The notes: generated by a model from the letters alone, not told the origin. A stretch of DNA of 54,548 nucleotides from Gammaproteobacteria bacterium (GCA_029240715.1 JARDZR010000001.1:1-54548); one strand, 5' to 3'. Positions 1-9,572 are shown, counted from the first letter of the stretch. A program made the numbers and translations.

Positions 1-15
1 TTAAACTTATTCATG

Positions 16-492
16 TTATAGGTAATGAACCGCTACGATTTCATACTCGACTTCACCCTTTGGGGTTTTCACCGTGACGGTTTGACCCTCTTCTTTGCCT
101 ACTAGGCCACGAGAGATAGGAGAGCTGACCGAAATCTTACCGGTCTTGATATCAGCTTCGTCATCTCCAACAATCTGATACTTCAGCTCAGCTTCTGACT
201 CAAGGTCCATTAAGGTAACGGTTGCGCCAAAAATAACTTTTCCATTATTAGCCATTTTTGAAACATCAATGACCTGAGCATTGCTTAATTTAGCTTCCAA
301 ATCAGCAATACGGCCTTCAATGAAGCTTTGTTGTTCACGAGCAGCATGGTATTCTGCATTTTCTTTTAAATCTCCATGCGCCCTAGCTTCAGCAATTGCA
401 GCAATTATTTTAGGCCTGGTGACAGTTTTCATCTGCTCTAATTCCACAGTGAGCTTTTCAAAACCAGCTTTAGTCATGGGTACGCGTTGCAT
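16..492 (-). CDS. greA: Transcription elongation factor GreA
   Basis: 158 aa. The N-terminal coiled-coil (..[21 protein letters not shown]..) and the C-terminal domain ([13 protein letters not shown]) are typical of GreA. Confidence 0.95.
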   Translation of the reverse strand: MQRVPMTKAGFEKLTVELEQMKTVTRPKIIAAIAEARAHGDLKENAEYHAAREQQSFIEGRIADLEAKLSNAQVIDVSKMANNGKVIFGATVTLMDLESEAELKYQIVGDDEADIKTGKISVSSPISRGLVGKEEGQTVTVKTPKGEVEYEIVAVHYL

Positions 493-520
493 AATTCTTT
501 CCTATCATAAAAAGGCCATT

Positions 521-844
521 CTAACCGCCCAAGATGTGATAATGCAAATGAGGGACTTCTTGACCCCCTCCCGGCCCGGTATTAATGACGGTACGAAAGC
601 CATCATGCAGACCCAGCTCTTTGGCTAACCTGGGCAGCAAAAGTGTTAATTTTCCTATTAAATCAGCATCTTGGCTAGATAAATCGGCAAGGCTGTTAAT
701 ATGTTGTTTAGGAATAAGCAACACATGGGTTTTAGCCTTAGGATGAATATCATGAAAGCCGATAAAAAGCTCATCCTCATAGACTTTTTTAGAAGGGATA
801 TCCCCACTGACTATTTTGCAGAAAATACAATCATTTTTATGCAT
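521..844 (-). CDS. HIT-family nucleotide hydrolase (HinT-like)
   Basis: 107 aa. Starts with CIFCKI and ends with the histidine triad HLHYHILGG. Confidence 0.9.
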   Translation of the reverse strand: MHKNDCIFCKIVSGDIPSKKVYEDELFIGFHDIHPKAKTHVLLIPKQHINSLADLSSQDADLIGKLTLLLPRLAKELGLHDGFRTVINTGPGGGQEVPHLHYHILGG

Positions 845-860
845 ATCTATACCCTTATAG

Positions 861-1418
861 CTAGGGCTTCCATTTGATATTACAGCCTAATGATGGAATC
901 TGAGCCAGCATCAATCTTCTATTATCCAGGATGGATTCAAGAGCTTCACGCAAGTCTTCTCCTGTGACTGAAATCTCATTGCCCGGAGTAGAGCCATCAA
1001 AACGCCCACGGTAAACACACTTCATATTCGTATCAAATACATAAAAATCAGGAGTGCAGGCAGCTTGGTAAGCCTTTGCTACTTCCTGAGTCTCATCATA
1101 GAGATAAGGAAAAGGAAAGCCCCAGCGCTTAGCAATGACCTTCATTTTCTCAGGGGAGTCAGCAGGAAATTGCTCTACGTCATTGGAGCTGATCGCTATA
1201 AAAGCGACGCCTTTTTCAATAAACTCACGAGCCAATTTAACTAAAGCAGCTTGAATGTGGATTACATAAGGGCAATGATTACAGATAAACATAATCACTG
1301 TGGCCTTATCTGATCTTAAATTCTGCAAACTTAATTTTTTACCAGACACTACGTCTAACAAAGTAAAATCAGGGGCTTTAGTGCCCAAAGCTAACATATT
1401 TGAGGCAGTCTCTGCCAT
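861..1418 (-). CDS. Thioredoxin-fold protein (AhpC/TSA-like thiol-disulfide oxidoreductase)
   Basis: CNHCPY redox motif within a thioredoxin-like fold pattern. The track ORF starts at a TTG (1436). The ATG at 1418 has a GGAGA Shine-Dalgarno about 6 nt upstream, so I prefer it. Confidence 0.75.
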   Translation of the reverse strand: MAETASNMLALGTKAPDFTLLDVVSGKKLSLQNLRSDKATVIMFICNHCPYVIHIQAALVKLAREFIEKGVAFIAISSNDVEQFPADSPEKMKVIAKRWGFPFPYLYDETQEVAKAYQAACTPDFYVFDTNMKCVYRGRFDGSTPGNEISVTGEDLREALESILDNRRLMLAQIPSLGCNIKWKP

Positions 1419-1460
1419 TTTCAATCTCCAAAACAAAAGCTTATGAAGCTAAGTCTACTC

Positions 1461-2060
1461 TTAATCTGCTTCAGCCACCACTACGTTAAACTCTTTTTGC
1501 CAGATCGGTATAGCTTCTTTATAACTTTCGATATCAGGCAGCCAACGTAATTTAGCAATTAGAGCAGGATCTTTGGTTTTTCCATTTAGATAATGCAAAT
1601 ATAAAGCGGGATGACTAAGCTGGCAACCCGTTTTTTGATCAAGCCAATTCGCGCGGTCTTGTAATTGCGCCAATACCATTTTCGCGTTATAGGCAATTTC
1701 TCCACTGGCTGCCCCCATAATTTGGCAAAACAGCACCCGGCATAACTGATTGAGCTGTTCTTGAGAGATTTCAGGTAAATAGATAATTTTATCGCCGCCA
1801 GCATAATCTAAGCTATATGAATCCAACAAGCTGCATTTTGCACACAGGGTACAGGCACAAATTAAATTGGATTTTTTGTTATTAGCATAATCATTGTCAG
1901 CGTTAAGCACTTCAAGCAATGAGGTTTTATAGCCGCAAAACTGACAGCAATGCTTGTCTCTTTGCAAAATCTCAGCCCGAACTGCTTTAAATTTCTGGCT
2001 TTGTTTGCGTTGTTTAAACTTTTCCCAATTATTCGTTTTACCTTGCAACAATAGTTTCAT
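1461..2060 (-). CDS. icmJ: Type IVB secretion protein IcmJ/DotN (Cys-rich, zinc-binding)
   Basis: 199 aa. QRDKHCCQFCGY, LICACTLCAKC and IIYLPEISQEQLNQLCRVLFC match the conserved blocks I recall from L. pneumophila IcmJ (QRDRYTCQFCGF, LIYLPELTQAELNSLCHVLFC). Confidence 0.85.
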   Translation of the reverse strand: MKLLLQGKTNNWEKFKQRKQSQKFKAVRAEILQRDKHCCQFCGYKTSLLEVLNADNDYANNKKSNLICACTLCAKCSLLDSYSLDYAGGDKIIYLPEISQEQLNQLCRVLFCQIMGAASGEIAYNAKMVLAQLQDRANWLDQKTGCQLSHPALYLHYLNGKTKDPALIAKLRWLPDIESYKEAIPIWQKEFNVVVAEAD

Positions 2061-2063
2061 GGG

Positions 2064-3155
2064 CTAAATATCTCTCACTACACGGATTTTAACTGCTTCT
2101 TCAAGGCCATGAATGGCTTCATCTACCATGGGCTCAGCAAGTGCAAATCCTAATTTTTTCTCTGCCAGCCAATGAGCATGAGCAGCTGCCATTTCAACAA
2201 ACACAGCTTTTCGGCCTATATTATTCAACGCATACCATAAAGAACGGTCTACCGGTTTTAGCCATAAATAACTGGAATTGGCCACAATTCCGCTTCTACG
2301 AGCTGCCACTAACATCTCTATAAAGATGGTGTACAGATAGGCATGGTTTTGTAATATGCGTTGAACCTCCGGCGTGTTAGCATATTTTTTAAGCAACGTG
2401 CCGGTGCCGGAAAAATTCAACTCGACTTTTTTAAGCTTTGCTTTGCTGACAGATCGCTGAATATTAGCTAAAAACTCTTCCGCCTCATCCCGCTGATAAT
2501 TTATAAAAGCGCATAACGCAGCGAACAAAGCTTTTTGATAAGGCGGCAAATGGTCTATTCCCATCCATAAAGGGCCTAATTGCTGACAAAATATCCCTTT
2601 AGCTTTAATCCGGTCTACCATGACCAATTGGCTTTGTGGATCACGATAAAGCAAATGATGGATTTTGCCGAATTCTATAGGAGTTTGGGCCATTGCCCAA
2701 GGACCGTGATCAATAGGCTCTTTTACCAAATTCCACCCTTCTATTACTTGAATATTAGGGAAATTGTCATGCAAATTGTGTCTTAAGGTGTTCATGCTTT
2801 CAATATCGTTAAAACTATCTTTGGGATGAAAAAGTCCCAGCAAGCCGCCCAATATTAAAGCTATAACAATACAGGGGTATTTTAGCGTATTACCAATTTC
2901 CGATGACAAAAGCATCAGCTGGTCGTAACTGACTCTTTGCACCGGTGTCATTTTCACCCAGTTCTCTAAACCTTGATAAACATGATCTGGCACAAAATAG
3001 CTAATAGCACGCAATTCGTAATATTTAGTCCATAACAGAAATGTCAGAATTTGGACCCTAAATAAATACAGAAAGATAACTGCAACTAAAAACACCGCCC
3101 CGGCTAGGAGCAAAATGTCCATTTCAGTTCCATCAGTTTTCTGCGATCCATTCAT
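2064..3155 (-). CDS. icmP: Type IVB coupling-complex protein IcmP/DotM
   Basis: 363 aa with N-terminal TM helices followed by a soluble domain. HGPWAMAQTPIEF, LGPLWMG, LWLKPVDRSLWYALNNIGR and PMVDEAIHGLEEAVK parallel DotM blocks as I recall them. An AGGAA Shine-Dalgarno precedes the ATG. Confidence 0.8.
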   Translation of the reverse strand: MNGSQKTDGTEMDILLLAGAVFLVAVIFLYLFRVQILTFLLWTKYYELRAISYFVPDHVYQGLENWVKMTPVQRVSYDQLMLLSSEIGNTLKYPCIVIALILGGLLGLFHPKDSFNDIESMNTLRHNLHDNFPNIQVIEGWNLVKEPIDHGPWAMAQTPIEFGKIHHLLYRDPQSQLVMVDRIKAKGIFCQQLGPLWMGIDHLPPYQKALFAALCAFINYQRDEAEEFLANIQRSVSKAKLKKVELNFSGTGTLLKKYANTPEVQRILQNHAYLYTIFIEMLVAARRSGIVANSSYLWLKPVDRSLWYALNNIGRKAVFVEMAAAHAHWLAEKKLGFALAEPMVDEAIHGLEEAVKIRVVRDI

Positions 3156-3164
3156 AACAAGTTC

Positions 3165-6100
3165 CTATAATAGCCCTTCACCGTCAAAGTTTTCTAAATC
3201 AACACGCTTCTTCTGTTTTCTGTAGCTATCGGTAAGCTCTCTGATAATCCGGTCGCAAATTTGGCCCACAGTGATAGTGGGGTCTAATTTAAGCTCTGCT
3301 TCAATTTCTTCAGTAGCTGAACCTTTAGGGAAAGCATCAGCAAGCAGCTTTCTGGCATTGACCGGGCCAATAGCCTTATACAAAGATTCTCTTATTGAAA
3401 CGTCCTCAGTAGTGGTATTAAATGCCCATAGTTCAACCGGGCTAATGGTACTGGTTAAAAGCTGAGTATTCATACCGCGCTTGGTAACAAACTGCGCGAT
3501 AAAGGTCGCTCCTTCTGAGCTAGGGCCGTGCACACGGTTACTTAGAGCAACTCTTTCCGTATCAGTTAAACCAAATGTCTTACAGGTGGCATCAATTGAA
3601 AGAGAGGAGCCGGAGTCCAAAATAAAGACTGAAGTGGCAAATTCAACCATAAGCTCATCAAAGTCTTTTAAAGACTGACTCGAGAGCGCAATATGAATTT
3701 TCCACTTACGACCTTCTCGCATATCTTGCACAATTTGGTCTCTTATCACCGGGCTTTTTGAAGTACGGTGGAATTCATCAAATACAATCCTTTTTGGCTC
3801 TTCCATAATTTCTTTAATCCGAGCTTTATGTAGCTCATGATATTGCGGAGGAAGTTTTTCAACTTCATCGGCATTTAAAAAGAAATCTTTTGCCAGAATA
3901 TGTCGAGCCAACATATACATCACCGCGGTTTGCTTCTCGGCAGCGCCGCTACCTGATTTGGCTACCTCATCCAAATCCAGAGCTACCACACGGGTATCTT
4001 CAAGGTCAAGTCGGGTGACACAGGTCAGAGTAGGAAGGTTGCGAATGACCCCTGAAATAATACGGGCATAAGCATCGATATAGCCTTCATTGCTTTGGGT
4101 TTTAACCTCAGCAAATAAATCTTTAATGGTATTGGTGTAAGCAATCGAAACAGTATCAGCAATAGTGGGCATAGCATAGCGCTGTGCTTTTAGAGCCAAA
4201 TGACGATCGCCTGCTTCAAACAATGCATCAGCAACTTGCCACCAGGTGATTTGAGCTGTTTCTGATTTAACATGAATATGCTCTAGGGCTTTTTCAATTT
4301 CATCATCACTAAAACGAACATAAACCTTGGGCTGTTCTATATCGCTAAAGCGCTTATAGGTTTCATCCACAATCATGCTAATCATACTTGCCATGCCTTC
4401 TGGAGGCCTGTCTTCGACGCTTTCCACCAACAGCAAGCTGATAAAATTAATTAAAAATGAGCGGTGCAACCTGGTTGGATAACGCGCCCCTAACTGAGTA
4501 TCAAAGGGGTTAATAGCATCCTTTTCTTCCATGGTTAAGCGGTGATAGATTACTTCGTGCTTTTTATTTTGAGGCAAGCCTTCTCTGAGCAACGAAATAA
4601 AGCCCTTACTAGACGGTCCGATATCCACTATAGAAATACGCGGTAGACGAGATAAACCACCCAACAAACATAAGCCTAAGTTTAAAGTATTAAGCAACAC
4701 CGACTTACCAGAACCAGAACGGGCATAAACAATATCAATCCAACTCACTTGATGGGTTGAGCCTGGCTGATAAGGCCAAACCTTACCATCCGGGGTCCTA
4801 AACAACAGCGCCCCAGCCTGCCAAGGTGAGGCTGGCCTAACGATAGGAAGCATATAGACCGCATCAGACAGAGGAGCAGCTGAAGCATTGCAAGCCATGT
4901 TTTTTGTTACAGCCAATGCACTGGACAGGGTAGTAGCAAAAGGATCTCCCGTTATTTCTCCTACCTCACAGTTACCCCAGCTTTGCACAGCTTTATAAAG
5001 TTTTGCTGCTCTTTCTTTCAATAAATCAGTTTTAGCGATTGGGGCCCATGTTGCTAAACAAACATACAACTTAATAACCGGATCATCGCTTCTTTCATGT
5101 AAATTTTTCAATAGCTTATGTGCATCAGCAATCAATTTGTTATTGCTCGATGCAAAAGATAAAACTTGGGCCAATACGTTTTTACTTTGCGTAATTTTAA
5201 TGCCGTCAGCACCCATAAAATAAGATATGCGCCAAGGCAAATCAGATGGTAATAAACGCCTAAATAATTCGTAAAAATATTTGATCTCTTTTGGAAACAG
5301 CTCCACAAAAATAGGGGCATAACAAAGGTCCCCAATTCTGGCATATTTCATTGAGACGTTTTCTCCGCCTCTTGGCATAAGCTGCCAGTCTAAAGGCGGC
5401 CATAATAATGAGGAGATATCTTTAGTAGGCTTTCCTTTTAAGCGCAAAGGCAAGGGGTCCCCTGGCAAATGCGGTTGCCAACTAGAATCGGTATAAACCG
5501 GATCAATGCTTTTACGAATATAATAGGCTGCTTTATGCACATCCAATAAACTCAAATAAAATCCGGCATGCTGCAAGTCTTCAAGCACTGAGCTTACAAA
5601 TGACTCATGAGTATTTCTTAGCTCAGTCAAGACTGAAAATAAATTAGCTGCCCCGGGCATTTTAGGCAATTTGTATTTTTTTAATTTTTCAGCACGTTGT
5701 TTTATAAGTCTTTTAAGATGGGTTTTTTCAATAGACTCAGGCGTCGTCCATAAAGCAATAAAGCATTCCTCATCCCCACAAAAATCAGATAAAGTCTTTA
5801 CCCTTGATGAAAAAATATCATCGATACTCAGCTCTAACCTTTTTGCCGTTCTTCTGGCAGGCGTTAAGGCATCATCAATGGTTTTACTGACAGTGGCCTT
5901 GTTATATGAGAAGAAAAACTGTACATAGTGGCCTCCAGAGGACAGTGCAGGCTGAAAGGTTTCTGTCACCCTTTCGCAAATATAAGCAAACTCATTAGCA
6001 CCCACAAAACGCTTATACCCAGCTAGCTTTATGATGGAAATAAGAGAGCCGTCCTTGGTTACCAAAGAATGTTTGCTATCAGCAGATTCAAGATCACAAT

Positions 6101-6185
6101 AGGATAGCGCATTTTGCTTAAAGGCCGTGCTAAGCCAAGCAAATAAGCTATCTATGCCATCATATAGGCTATCAACAATTGCCAT
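3165..6185 (-). CDS. icmB: Type IVB secretion ATPase IcmB/DotO
   Basis: 1006 aa. The N-terminus MAIVDSLYDGIDSLFAWLS..QNALSYCDLESAD is IcmB-like. Walker A-like ARSGSGKS is present, and the size matches the roughly 1009 aa DotO. Confidence 0.92.
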   Translation of the reverse strand: MAIVDSLYDGIDSLFAWLSTAFKQNALSYCDLESADSKHSLVTKDGSLISIIKLAGYKRFVGANEFAYICERVTETFQPALSSGGHYVQFFFSYNKATVSKTIDDALTPARRTAKRLELSIDDIFSSRVKTLSDFCGDEECFIALWTTPESIEKTHLKRLIKQRAEKLKKYKLPKMPGAANLFSVLTELRNTHESFVSSVLEDLQHAGFYLSLLDVHKAAYYIRKSIDPVYTDSSWQPHLPGDPLPLRLKGKPTKDISSLLWPPLDWQLMPRGGENVSMKYARIGDLCYAPIFVELFPKEIKYFYELFRRLLPSDLPWRISYFMGADGIKITQSKNVLAQVLSFASSNNKLIADAHKLLKNLHERSDDPVIKLYVCLATWAPIAKTDLLKERAAKLYKAVQSWGNCEVGEITGDPFATTLSSALAVTKNMACNASAAPLSDAVYMLPIVRPASPWQAGALLFRTPDGKVWPYQPGSTHQVSWIDIVYARSGSGKSVLLNTLNLGLCLLGGLSRLPRISIVDIGPSSKGFISLLREGLPQNKKHEVIYHRLTMEEKDAINPFDTQLGARYPTRLHRSFLINFISLLLVESVEDRPPEGMASMISMIVDETYKRFSDIEQPKVYVRFSDDEIEKALEHIHVKSETAQITWWQVADALFEAGDRHLALKAQRYAMPTIADTVSIAYTNTIKDLFAEVKTQSNEGYIDAYARIISGVIRNLPTLTCVTRLDLEDTRVVALDLDEVAKSGSGAAEKQTAVMYMLARHILAKDFFLNADEVEKLPPQYHELHKARIKEIMEEPKRIVFDEFHRTSKSPVIRDQIVQDMREGRKWKIHIALSSQSLKDFDELMVEFATSVFILDSGSSLSIDATCKTFGLTDTERVALSNRVHGPSSEGATFIAQFVTKRGMNTQLLTSTISPVELWAFNTTTEDVSIRESLYKAIGPVNARKLLADAFPKGSATEEIEAELKLDPTITVGQICDRIIRELTDSYRKQKKRVDLENFDGEGLL

Positions 6186-6196
6186 CCCTTACCCTT

Positions 6197-7156
6197 TTAC
6201 TTGAATACATAACCCGTGCTCATAACGACTTCACCCTTACCGCTATCGATATTCACAACTGTGCCGTAATTAGGAAGCTGCGTTCCCACAGTAACTGTAG
6301 TGGTATTTCCTTCATCATCAACTAACCATGCTCTTCCTGGAACCACAGCGCGCAAAGTCAATTTCTGTACCTGCGCAGATTGCTCTGCAAGCAGCAATGC
6401 TAACTGCTGCTGGGTTTTACCTAACTGCAGGCTGATGTTCTGCATATTTTTATTGTAAGTGTTCAAACTATTCGCCAGAGTTTGCATGCTTTGCTGCATA
6501 TTACTCAAGGCGTTGATAATTTGTGTATTTTGCTTCTGTTGTGCCAAAGAAGCTTGCCCCACATCTTGGATTAATACTTGCAAGTTTTGCATCTGTGAAT
6601 AAATATTTTGAGTGCTTTCGTTCACAACTTTGGCAAAACCCTGCAATAAAGTTTTAATGTCTTGCTGGGTCATAGTGATGGTAGGAGTCACTGGCGCAGT
6701 AGTCATCATTTGAGAAGCAGCTGGATTCTGACTGCTTCCTGCTGGAGCGGTTGTCTGCATAGCAGGATTAGCAATGGTGGAAGCTTGGCTAGGTGTACTA
6801 GCAGGTGTTTGGCTAGTGCTTGCAGCTTTGCTGGGTTCTGGTACGACTGGCTTAAGACCAAAACCTTGGGACTGCTGGACTTGAACAGCTGGTCTTGGTG
6901 GAGCTGAAGGAAACAAAATACCGTAGGTAAGATAACCGGCTACTGCAGCTCCCACTCCGCCTATGACTATAATCAACCAGTTAGCTTTTATAAAATCCAT
7001 CAAACCCGCTTTGGCTTTAGGTAGCTCTTCTTCGCTTTCTTCCATAGCAAATTCATCGCCTGGAAGCATATCTGCCTCTTGCTTACTTTCTTTAGGACTT
7101 TCCTCTGCTGAACTGTCAAAATCATCATCAAAGTTAAAGTTATCTTCTTCTTTCAT
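6197..7156 (-). CDS. icmG: Type IVB secretion protein IcmG/DotF
   Basis: 319 aa. Acidic N-terminus, one TM helix, an S/T/Q-rich linker with coiled-coil, and a C-terminal RAVVPGRAWLVDDEGNTTTV..LPNYGTVVNID..V block like the DotF/TraP C-terminal domain. Confidence 0.82.
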   Translation of the reverse strand: MKEEDNFNFDDDFDSSAEESPKESKQEADMLPGDEFAMEESEEELPKAKAGLMDFIKANWLIIVIGGVGAAVAGYLTYGILFPSAPPRPAVQVQQSQGFGLKPVVPEPSKAASTSQTPASTPSQASTIANPAMQTTAPAGSSQNPAASQMMTTAPVTPTITMTQQDIKTLLQGFAKVVNESTQNIYSQMQNLQVLIQDVGQASLAQQKQNTQIINALSNMQQSMQTLANSLNTYNKNMQNISLQLGKTQQQLALLLAEQSAQVQKLTLRAVVPGRAWLVDDEGNTTTVTVGTQLPNYGTVVNIDSGKGEVVMSTGYVFK

Positions 7157-7171
7157 TTCTACACCTTTTAT

Positions 7172-8506
7172 TTAGGGAATTCTGACGTCATTCATAAACA
7201 GCACCCCAATTCCAGTTCCTTGAGCAAGTGTCACTGTTGGAGGAGTATTAAACTGATTAGCTGCAACCTGACCTAAATTGGTACCCACTTGGCCAAAACC
7301 CTGATACATCGCAGTTTTAGTAGTGGCTGTAGTACTAGGTACCCCGCTCGTGCCGTTAATCACAGTACAGTTTGTTGTATTAGGAGGACATTGATAAGTA
7401 TAACTTTGATAAGCACTACCAAAACCCTGCAAAAAGCTTGCAGCAAAAAGCATACCATAGCGAAGAAGATAATGGTTATCAACACTGGTCGCCACTGCGT
7501 TATTGGCAGTTTGCGAGTCAATTGCATAAGCAGTACCGATACCGACTGTACTAGGCTGGCTTTTCAATGACATTTGGCTAAATGTCACCACCAGCTTCTC
7601 ACCTTCTAATTTAAAGTTTCCTAGCAATAAAGCACCTGTGTAGGGGCCCGTCACAATTGTTGCCATTACCGGTGTACCCGGTTGATCGCTATCAAGGGCA
7701 GTTTGCACCACTGCAAACATAATGGTACCTGCCTTAATAGCAACAGGACCTTGAGGAGCAGAGCTTGCGCCTGATGCCCCACCACTATTGCTTGGTTGAC
7801 TACTTTGTACCACAGTCTGGGATGGCAACTTCCAACTGTCCTGCATATTTTGAATAGAGGAAGACATACTCTGTTGAAGCTGCATAAGCTGTTGCTGCTT
7901 TTGCATTTCAGCCTGTTGCTGCTGGTATGCTGCCTGCTGTTGTTGCTGGTATAAAAGCTGCTGTTGCTGATTGCTTAAATTCTGATTTAGCTGCGAATTG
8001 TTTTGGTTAGCCGCGTTATTGGCATTGGCAGAGCCTTTTTGAGCCTGTTGCCCGTTTGCTGCAGCCTGCTCCGGACTAATTACCTGTCCCTGCGATGGAG
8101 CGTTTGCACCTGCTGAGGCTGGCTGCGTATTAGCCGTGGCTTGAGCTTTAGTCTGTGTAGGTTTCTGAGGGTTTACTGCAGTCGAAGTCCCACCAAACAC
8201 ATTGGAAAATACAGTCTGACCGCCCTGAATTTCTTGAGTGGTTTCAGCTGTATCGACCTTGTTTGCTAAATTTTCATAGTTTTTCTGCTGAACCGGCGCA
8301 ACCGGCTCAGATACCCGCGAAGTTATTGGACTAATTCTTGAGGGAGGAGCCGAAGGCTTATTGGCACTATCCCCTGAGCTAAATAAATTCATACCAATAA
8401 TAAATAAGACAATTAAGCCTACAATAATGACTAGGACTCGCAGCCTAGGATAGTTAGATAATTTAGCAAAGCTGTTCTTAACTATTTGCATTATCGTTCT
8501 CCACAA
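7172..8506 (-). CDS. icmE: Type IVB secretion protein IcmE/DotG, short form (VirB10/TrbI-like C-terminal domain)
   Basis: 444 aa. N-terminal TM helix, a Q/N-rich low-complexity middle, and a C-terminus (GTIMFAVVQTALDSDQPGTPVMATIVTG..HYLLRYGMLFAASFLQGFGSAYQ..FNTPPTVT..GTGIGVLF) that closely parallels the DotG C-terminal domain. The start may be the internal Met at 8491. Confidence 0.85.
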   Translation of the reverse strand: MWRTIMQIVKNSFAKLSNYPRLRVLVIIVGLIVLFIIGMNLFSSGDSANKPSAPPSRISPITSRVSEPVAPVQQKNYENLANKVDTAETTQEIQGGQTVFSNVFGGTSTAVNPQKPTQTKAQATANTQPASAGANAPSQGQVISPEQAAANGQQAQKGSANANNAANQNNSQLNQNLSNQQQQLLYQQQQQAAYQQQQAEMQKQQQLMQLQQSMSSSIQNMQDSWKLPSQTVVQSSQPSNSGGASGASSAPQGPVAIKAGTIMFAVVQTALDSDQPGTPVMATIVTGPYTGALLLGNFKLEGEKLVVTFSQMSLKSQPSTVGIGTAYAIDSQTANNAVATSVDNHYLLRYGMLFAASFLQGFGSAYQSYTYQCPPNTTNCTVINGTSGVPSTTATTKTAMYQGFGQVGTNLGQVAANQFNTPPTVTLAQGTGIGVLFMNDVRIP

Positions 8507-9425
8507 CTTGCACGCGCTCTATATTACCTTGATTAGAAATCAAAATATAAGGAGCAACCGGCAATTCATAAGCATGCAGAGGGGTAGTTCCTGGGCCATC
8601 TGCACGAGAAATCCAACCAGGGGAAAGCAAAGTAGCATGGGTCAACATTAAATAATCGTCATTGTATGACCATAGCTGAACATTGCTGTCTGACACGGTT
8701 AAGGCTGTAGCCCCTTGAGGAGGTAAACCATTTAGCAAATCAATCAAATAGCCAGGGGCTTGGCTTGGCTGGACCGCAGCAGAACTTCCATTCTGATTTT
8801 GGTCCATTCGAATATAATCCAGATAATCCCATTCTTTTTGGCCCACTATAAGGTTTAGCATAATAGGAATTTGCATGCCCTGCAGCATCACCCCAATATT
8901 AGACTGAGCATATAGTTTTTGACCCTGAATCATCAGTACGCCGCTTTTTTTGTCCCACTGCACGTTAAAAGATTGAGAATCACCAATACTGTAGGAAGTA
9001 ATAGGCCACACCTGGCCGCTGGCATCAATAAAAACTAAAGAGGTAATCATACCCTGTCCGATTCTAACAATCGGCATAAGACCACCTGGCTTAACTGTGA
9101 CTGGAATAATAGAAGAAGTTCCATTAGCAGGAACATCTCCGGGCGGCAAAGAACTCGCTTCTTGCTGGGCAGCAGCAGTATTCTTATACTCATGAATTTG
9201 TTCAGGAGTTAAGGGAAAGGTGTTGTTAAGTAGTTGCTGAAAGGCTTGATCTGATGCACCCTGATTGGTTACATCACTGTTAGTACTTTGAGCAGAAGGA
9301 AGCTGAACAGCTTGCAAGCCTGTGACTTGACTTGGCCCATTATAAGGCGTATCTGCTAAAGCAAATGAACCAAAAGCCCCTAAACAGACTAATAGTAAAT
9401 TCAAAACTTTAAGCTTTTTCATCAT
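8478..9425 (-). CDS. icmK: Type IVB secretion outer-membrane core protein IcmK/DotH
   Basis: The position directly upstream of icmE and the size (about 315 aa) fit IcmK. The signal peptide MMKKLKVLNLLLVCLGAFGSFALA starts at the ATG at 9425, whereas the track ORF extends to 9503. The domain call is by context and overall pattern. Confidence 0.7.
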   Translation of the reverse strand: MMKKLKVLNLLLVCLGAFGSFALADTPYNGPSQVTGLQAVQLPSAQSTNSDVTNQGASDQAFQQLLNNTFPLTPEQIHEYKNTAAAQQEASSLPPGDVPANGTSSIIPVTVKPGGLMPIVRIGQGMITSLVFIDASGQVWPITSYSIGDSQSFNVQWDKKSGVLMIQGQKLYAQSNIGVMLQGMQIPIMLNLIVGQKEWDYLDYIRMDQNQNGSSAAVQPSQAPGYLIDLLNGLPPQGATALTVSDSNVQLWSYNDDYLMLTHATLLSPGWISRADGPGTTPLHAYELPVAPYILISNQGNIERVQVVENDNANS

Positions 9426-9555
9426 ATCAATCCCTAAAACATGTAAAGAAAGTGTAGACAATTTTTCATTAGATATCACTAGTCTGTCTTTCTTTAGTAT
9501 CAAAACAGATGCTGGTGTATAATACGTAAAGTCATTTTTAGTGTAAAAATAATTA

Positions 9556-9572
9556 ATGTAACATTGTTACAT
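9556..9572. promoter_or_regulatory. Perfect 7-3-7 inverted repeat ATGTAAC-ATT-GTTACAT in the divergent icmK / icmW-like intergenic region (candidate operator)
   Basis: Read directly from the DNA. It is the only long perfect palindrome in the 188-nt divergent promoter region. Confidence 0.4.

Noticed and set aside
1-15. A minus-strand ATG at 14..12 (MNKF..) that would start a gene running off the left edge.
   Set aside because: Only 4 codons are visible, which is not enough to support a call.
281-628. Many 60-140-aa ORFs in the track that lie inside larger genes on the opposite strand or out of frame. Examples are 281..628+, 1586..1804-, 5671..5928+, 6662..6907+, 11973..12308-, 15963..16262+, 18546..18902-, 19847..20203-, 22108..22425+, 36418..36801-, 38115..38477-, 40111..40542+, 41034..41405+ and 49113..49301+.
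   Set aside because: Each is fully nested in an ORF with strong family-level signatures. Their translations are low-complexity (S/L/C/A/K-rich) with no recognisable motifs and no Shine-Dalgarno. They are typical shadow ORFs.
7800-8100. Gln-codon-rich stretches in icmE (and icmG, 6400-6900) as DNA-level tandem repeats or contingency loci.
   Set aside because: The CAA/CAG/GCx codons are interspersed without a perfect repeating unit. This is protein-level low complexity, not a microsatellite.
9526-9562. GTAAA/GTAAC repeats as CpxR binding sites upstream of the icm operon.
   Set aside because: The spacings between repeats are 12 and 10 nt, not the roughly 5-nt spacer of the CpxR direct-repeat consensus. 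I kept them only as context for the palindrome finding.
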